DNA of 64,000 nt, from the NCBI GenBank assembly GCA_965217775.1, contig CBDCJH010000002.1:3936001-4000000 (forward strand), read 5' to 3'. Source of the stretch: Acidobacteriota bacterium (GTDB lineage Bacteria; Acidobacteriota; UBA6911; RPQK01; JAJDTT01). Each line of letters starts with the position of its first letter. Position 1 is the stretch's first letter. This document shows, one piece after another, positions 60,052 through 64,000 of this stretch. A model generated the notes under the pieces. It was not told the origin of the DNA. It saw only the letters and a list, made by a program, of their open reading frames with translations, and ran no database searches. A program made the position numbers and the translations under genes.

Positions 60052-61392
60052 TCAGGTTTCCAGCGACCAGCGAATCGAACCCATGTGATAGCGGTGGTGT
60101 CCCGGCATCCGGTCCGCATGGTAGACCGTGACCAGGGTTCCATCGGGTAGCTGAGCCGTAGCGGGATAGGAGCCGTCGGTGCTTTCCTGTAGATGGGTGA
60201 CGATGCGCGGCGCGCTCCAGGACTTCCCTTCGTCTTTGCTCCAGCGAATCGCCGGGCATCCGGGCCCGTGATTCAAGGGACTGAAGCCGTACTGGTCGTA
60301 CCATGCCTCCTCTTCGTAAGGAGTCCTCGGGGGCAGATCGGCCTCCGTCAAGGTGGAACCTCTGCGGATCCGCCGGCGGAACAGGGTTCCGCGCACGAAT
60401 CCCGGCAGGTCGTTGGGGTGACCAAAATGAACCCGCTCCCGCACTCCGAACGTCAACAGCACCCGTCCGTCGGCGAGCTCCAATAGATGTCCGGGCCGGT
60501 GATCCGGCCCCCCGAGTGTGAGCGGCCCCGCCTCGGTCCACTGGCGGCCCTCGTCTTCCGAAACAAACAGAGCCACGTGACTCCACTTGTCCACGGCGGC
60601 CAGCCAGCGGCCGCTACGCAGCCGCACGGCCACCGTGGAGCCGAACCACCGGGCCCGAATTCCCGGCTCACCGATCAGCACGGCCTCGTCCCAAGTGTGC
60701 CCGTCGTCATTGCTGAACAACATGTAGGAAGCCGCATCCGCTCCCTCGCTCGGCGGGACGCCCGTGGCCCGCGCCCCCAGATTTTTCTTGTAGTTCCGGC
60801 TCCACCTCAGTTCCCAGGCCGGCGCCGCCAACGTCTTGCCGGGACCCCGGATGATGTTTCCATAAGGGATGAGATGGGTGACTCCAGGTGGCTGTGGCAC
60901 CGAACCCGTCCACTCCCAGGTCCGCCCCCCGTCCCGAGACCGGCAGATCCGGACCGGCTCTCCCCGATCCCGGTAGCGATCCTCCCGGTATCGTTCGGTT
61001 TCCGCCAGCACGACCAGAGATCCATCGTGGGCCATGCCCACCGAATTCCTCAGATGGGAGAATCCCGGTTCGTGACGAGCCGCCACGCCTCTTAGCTTCC
61101 AGAACCTGCCTCGATCCTCACTCGCCCAGATCTCGATGTCCCCCTTGGGGCCGCCGTGCGTAGGCCTGTTGTAAATTGCGGCCAGGAGAGTCCCGTCTTT
61201 CAGACTGGTGAGACTGGCGTAGGCACAGACGTTGTCGATCGCCAGGTAATGCTCCAGGACTTTGGGATGCGGCTCCCGATACCAGCGGGTTGTCTGGGCG
61301 CGAACCGCTCCGGCTCCCAAGCCCGCAATGGCGGCTGATCCAAGGCTCTTGGCGGAAGCTTCAATGAGGGTACGCCTGGTGATTTTCTTCAT
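60052..61392 (-). CDS. Sialidase-like Asp-box protein with Tat signal (tandem paralogue 2)
   Basis: ITRRTLI; SRDGGRTW, SNDDGHTW, SEDEGRQW, SKDEGKSW; DGSYP. Confidence 0.8.
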   Translation of the reverse strand: MKKITRRTLIEASAKSLGSAAIAGLGAGAVRAQTTRWYREPHPKVLEHYLAIDNVCAYASLTSLKDGTLLAAIYNRPTHGGPKGDIEIWASEDRGRFWKLRGVAARHEPGFSHLRNSVGMAHDGSLVVLAETERYREDRYRDRGEPVRICRSRDGGRTWEWTGSVPQPPGVTHLIPYGNIIRGPGKTLAAPAWELRWSRNYKKNLGARATGVPPSEGADAASYMLFSNDDGHTWDEAVLIGEPGIRARWFGSTVAVRLRSGRWLAAVDKWSHVALFVSEDEGRQWTEAGPLTLGGPDHRPGHLLELADGRVLLTFGVRERVHFGHPNDLPGFVRGTLFRRRIRRGSTLTEADLPPRTPYEEEAWYDQYGFSPLNHGPGCPAIRWSKDEGKSWSAPRIVTHLQESTDGSYPATAQLPDGTLVTVYHADRMPGHHRYHMGSIRWSLET

Positions 61393-61442
61393 CTTCCTGA
61401 CTCCGATCTCGTCTTCAGCTCGCTTATCCCGGACGGCATGGC

Positions 61443-62804
61443 CTACGATTTTCGGGAAGGCAGCGACCAACGGATCGCCCCCATGTGGAAGCGGTGGTGT
61501 CCCGGCATCCGGTCGGCATGGTAAACCGTGACCAGGGTCCCATCGGGGTGCTGAGCGGTGGCCGGATAGGAGCCGTCGGTGCTTTCTTCCAGATGCGCGA
61601 CGATGCGCGGCGCGCTCCAGGAGTCACCCTCGTCTTCGCTCCAGCGAATCGCCGGGCAGCCCGGGCCGTGAGCCATCCCCCGACCCCATCCGTAGTGGGC
61701 ATACCACGGTTCGTCCTCGTACGCGGACCTGGGCGGTAGATCCTCCGGGGTCAAGCCGGAACCGGCCCGGACTCGCCTTCGAAACAGGGTTCCACGCACA
61801 AACCCGGGCAGATCGTTGGGGTGGCCGAAATGCTCCCTCTCGCGGACTCCAAACGTCAACAAAACCCGCCCGTCGGCCAGTTCGAGCAGATGTCCCGGCC
61901 TGTGGCGCAATCCCCCCGCCGTCAACGGTCCCGCCTCCGTCCATTGGCGGCCTTCGTCCTCGGAGACGAACAGGGCCACGTGACTCCACTTGTCCACGGC
62001 GGCCAGCCAGCGGCCACTCCGCAGCCTCACGGCTACCGTGGACCCGAACCAACCGGCTTTCGGCCCCGGTTCCCCGATAAGGACTGCATCATCCCAGGTC
62101 CGGCCGTCGTCATGGCTGAACAGCATGTAGGAAACGGCCTCGGCTCCTTCGCCGGTGGGGACACTTGGGGCCCGGTCGCCGAGCCTTTGCTTGAACTTTT
62201 TCCTCCACCTCAGGTCCCACGCCGGTGCCGCCAGCGTCGTGCCCGGACCCCGGATGATGTTTCCGTAGGGAATCAGATGTTTCGCGTCGGCAGGAGCCGT
62301 GACCGTACTCGACCGCTGCCAAGTCCATCCGCCGTCCGCAGATCGGCACACCAGTGTCGGGGCGCCACGCTCTCGAAACCGATCCTCACGCCATTTTTCG
62401 GTCTGAGCCAGCACCAGCAAGGATCCATCGTGCGCAGTGCCGATGGAATTCCGAATGTGCGAGAACCCGGGTTCATGCTGGGCGGCGACCCCTCTGAACT
62501 TCCAGAATCTGCCTCCGTCTTCACTCGCCCAGCATGCGATGTCCCCTCTGGGGCCGCCGTGGGTGGGCTGACTGAAGATCCCCGCCATAAGGGTCCCGTC
62601 CTCCAACGTCGCCACGCTGGCGTAGGCGCAGACGTTATCGATGGCCAAGTAGCGACCCTCGACTTCCGGGTGCGGTTCCCGATACCAGGCAACGGTCTGA
62701 GCACGAGCCGTCCCGGCGGCGCCCATTCCCGCCACGGCAGCGACTCCGAGGTGCTTGACCGCAGTTTCGATTGCTGCGCGTCTTGTGAATCTTTTCAGCG
62801 TCAT
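61443..62804 (-). CDS. Sialidase-like Asp-box protein with Tat signal (tandem paralogue 1)
   Basis: FTRRAAI; same Asp boxes; long stretches identical to 60052..61392. Confidence 0.8.
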   Translation of the reverse strand: MTLKRFTRRAAIETAVKHLGVAAVAGMGAAGTARAQTVAWYREPHPEVEGRYLAIDNVCAYASVATLEDGTLMAGIFSQPTHGGPRGDIACWASEDGGRFWKFRGVAAQHEPGFSHIRNSIGTAHDGSLLVLAQTEKWREDRFRERGAPTLVCRSADGGWTWQRSSTVTAPADAKHLIPYGNIIRGPGTTLAAPAWDLRWRKKFKQRLGDRAPSVPTGEGAEAVSYMLFSHDDGRTWDDAVLIGEPGPKAGWFGSTVAVRLRSGRWLAAVDKWSHVALFVSEDEGRQWTEAGPLTAGGLRHRPGHLLELADGRVLLTFGVREREHFGHPNDLPGFVRGTLFRRRVRAGSGLTPEDLPPRSAYEDEPWYAHYGWGRGMAHGPGCPAIRWSEDEGDSWSAPRIVAHLEESTDGSYPATAQHPDGTLVTVYHADRMPGHHRFHMGAIRWSLPSRKS

Positions 62805-62809
62805 TGGTT

Positions 62810-64000
62810 TCAGCTCCTCTCGATGCCGGGCTTGAAACGGCCGAACTCGCGAGTGACAGAGGAAGCTGCCTCGCGGACCCAGGTCGCAGCAATATACTTT
62901 TGGTGACCGCCGTCCTCCTGACTGTTGAAATAGTAGGTCACCATCGCGGTGCCGTCTTTCAGGAGCGCCGCAGCAGGATAGCCCAGGTCTCTACCTCCAC
63001 CGTCCTCACGCAGAATCAGCTCCTCGGCCGCACCTATCTGTTCACATTCGGCGTCGACGAGCCGGGCTCGAATTCCGTAGGGCGGTCTTCTGTACCCGTA
63101 CGCAATCAAGACCCGACCGCTAGGCATCCGGAGCACGGTACAGGGATACCCCCATAGATCCTCTCGTTTGGGTTCGGACCAGGTTCGGCCGGAATCGGTC
63201 GAAAACGCCGTATAGGTGTGCCCCGCCTTCGGACTGGACCGCATGAAGGCCACGAGTTTTCCGGAGGCACATTCGTAGACCACCGTCTCGTTAAAACCTG
63301 TCCGCCCCTGGGGTCGAGCGATCACACCGCGGCGGGACCAACGAATACCCGCGTAGGTATCCCCGGACGCGAAAGGATTGTGAGGAGACTCCATCAGGAA
63401 TACGGTCTCCGGGCGATCGATGGTGTAGACCGGCAACATCAGACTCTCATCTCTCATGACCAGCGCCGGTCCCCGAAGGTGTACCCGGGACTGTTCTCCG
63501 GGGAACAGGGACCGGACTCCCTCCACCGGCGAGACCCAATAAGGAGGGCTCCAGGTCTCGCCCCAGTCTGTCGAGCGGCGAACGTAGATACCGCCGGCGA
63601 GCGCGTGGAGATCGTATTCCTTCAGATAATAGAGCCCGATGTGTTGGTCGCCATGGCGCTGCTTGAGTTGTGTGTATTTCCTCTCCGGAATTACGGTGCA
63701 GGGATGGGTCATGAAGAGCAAGGTGTTGTCCGGCAACCAGGTGAGATTGGGGTTGGTGGTCACGCCAACCTCGAAGACCCGGGGTTCCGGGTCCCAGGTG
63801 GCGCCACCGTCTTCAGAGGAAATCAGGCACTGTTCCACTTCCGGATGCACGTGTCCCCGGCCTACGGATCTCCGGAAAGCCAGCAGCACCTTGCCGTCCC
63901 GGAGCACTAGGGGAGAAGGGCCGGGCCCGCAATAATAGGCAGGGTTCCGGTAGATGTCGGCGTCCCGGATCTTGGTGAGTGTTCCTGGCGTGGACGGCCC
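62810..64000 (-). CDS. Sialidase-like Asp-box protein, N-terminus beyond the right edge
   Basis: Frame open to 64000 (..IYRNPAYYCGPGPSPLVLRDG); SEDGGATW, STDWGETW, STDSGRTW; FNET; DLGYP. Confidence 0.8.
   Translation of the reverse strand, partial: GPSTPGTLTKIRDADIYRNPAYYCGPGPSPLVLRDGKVLLAFRRSVGRGHVHPEVEQCLISSEDGGATWDPEPRVFEVGVTTNPNLTWLPDNTLLFMTHPCTVIPERKYTQLKQRHGDQHIGLYYLKEYDLHALAGGIYVRRSTDWGETWSPPYWVSPVEGVRSLFPGEQSRVHLRGPALVMRDESLMLPVYTIDRPETVFLMESPHNPFASGDTYAGIRWSRRGVIARPQGRTGFNETVVYECASGKLVAFMRSSPKAGHTYTAFSTDSGRTWSEPKREDLWGYPCTVLRMPSGRVLIAYGYRRPPYGIRARLVDAECEQIGAAEELILREDGGGRDLGYPAAALLKDGTAMVTYYFNSQEDGGHQKYIAATWVREAASSVTREFGRFKPGIERS

Overview
GC-rich bacterial chromosomal window. The gene repertoire (Oar-like TonB receptor, DUF1501 with a planctomycete-cytochrome partner, CRTAC1/ASPIC-UnbV, many secreted beta-propellers) suggests an Acidobacteriota/PVC-like organism; this is inference. 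Most of the window encodes secreted glycan-acting or redox proteins: four GH32-like propellers, five sialidase-like Asp-box proteins, a pentahaem cytochrome, TonB receptors and a porin, plus housekeeping-type enzymes and tRNA-Arg(TCT). There are two defence regions. (i) The left edge has an AAA ATPase, toxin-antitoxin (TA) remnants and a frameshifted, truncated DISARM drmD. (ii) A ~15 kb island (about 25.0-39.6 kb) has a translationally coupled operon hsdM-hsdS-ptuA-ptuB-hsdR, i.e. a Septu-like ATPase/HNH pair nested inside a type I restriction-modification (RM) locus. Its HsdR carries a C-terminal LexA/S24-type peptidase domain and is followed by a 1272-aa RecD-like helicase-nuclease. This composite locus is the best candidate for an undescribed system. 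Also present: a 158-bp structured MITE splitting an antitoxin gene, REP-like repeats, a relic hsdR 5' end coupled to hicBA, and several TA modules in which the toxin has decayed but the antitoxin remains. All family assignments come from motif recognition by eye, with no database searches.
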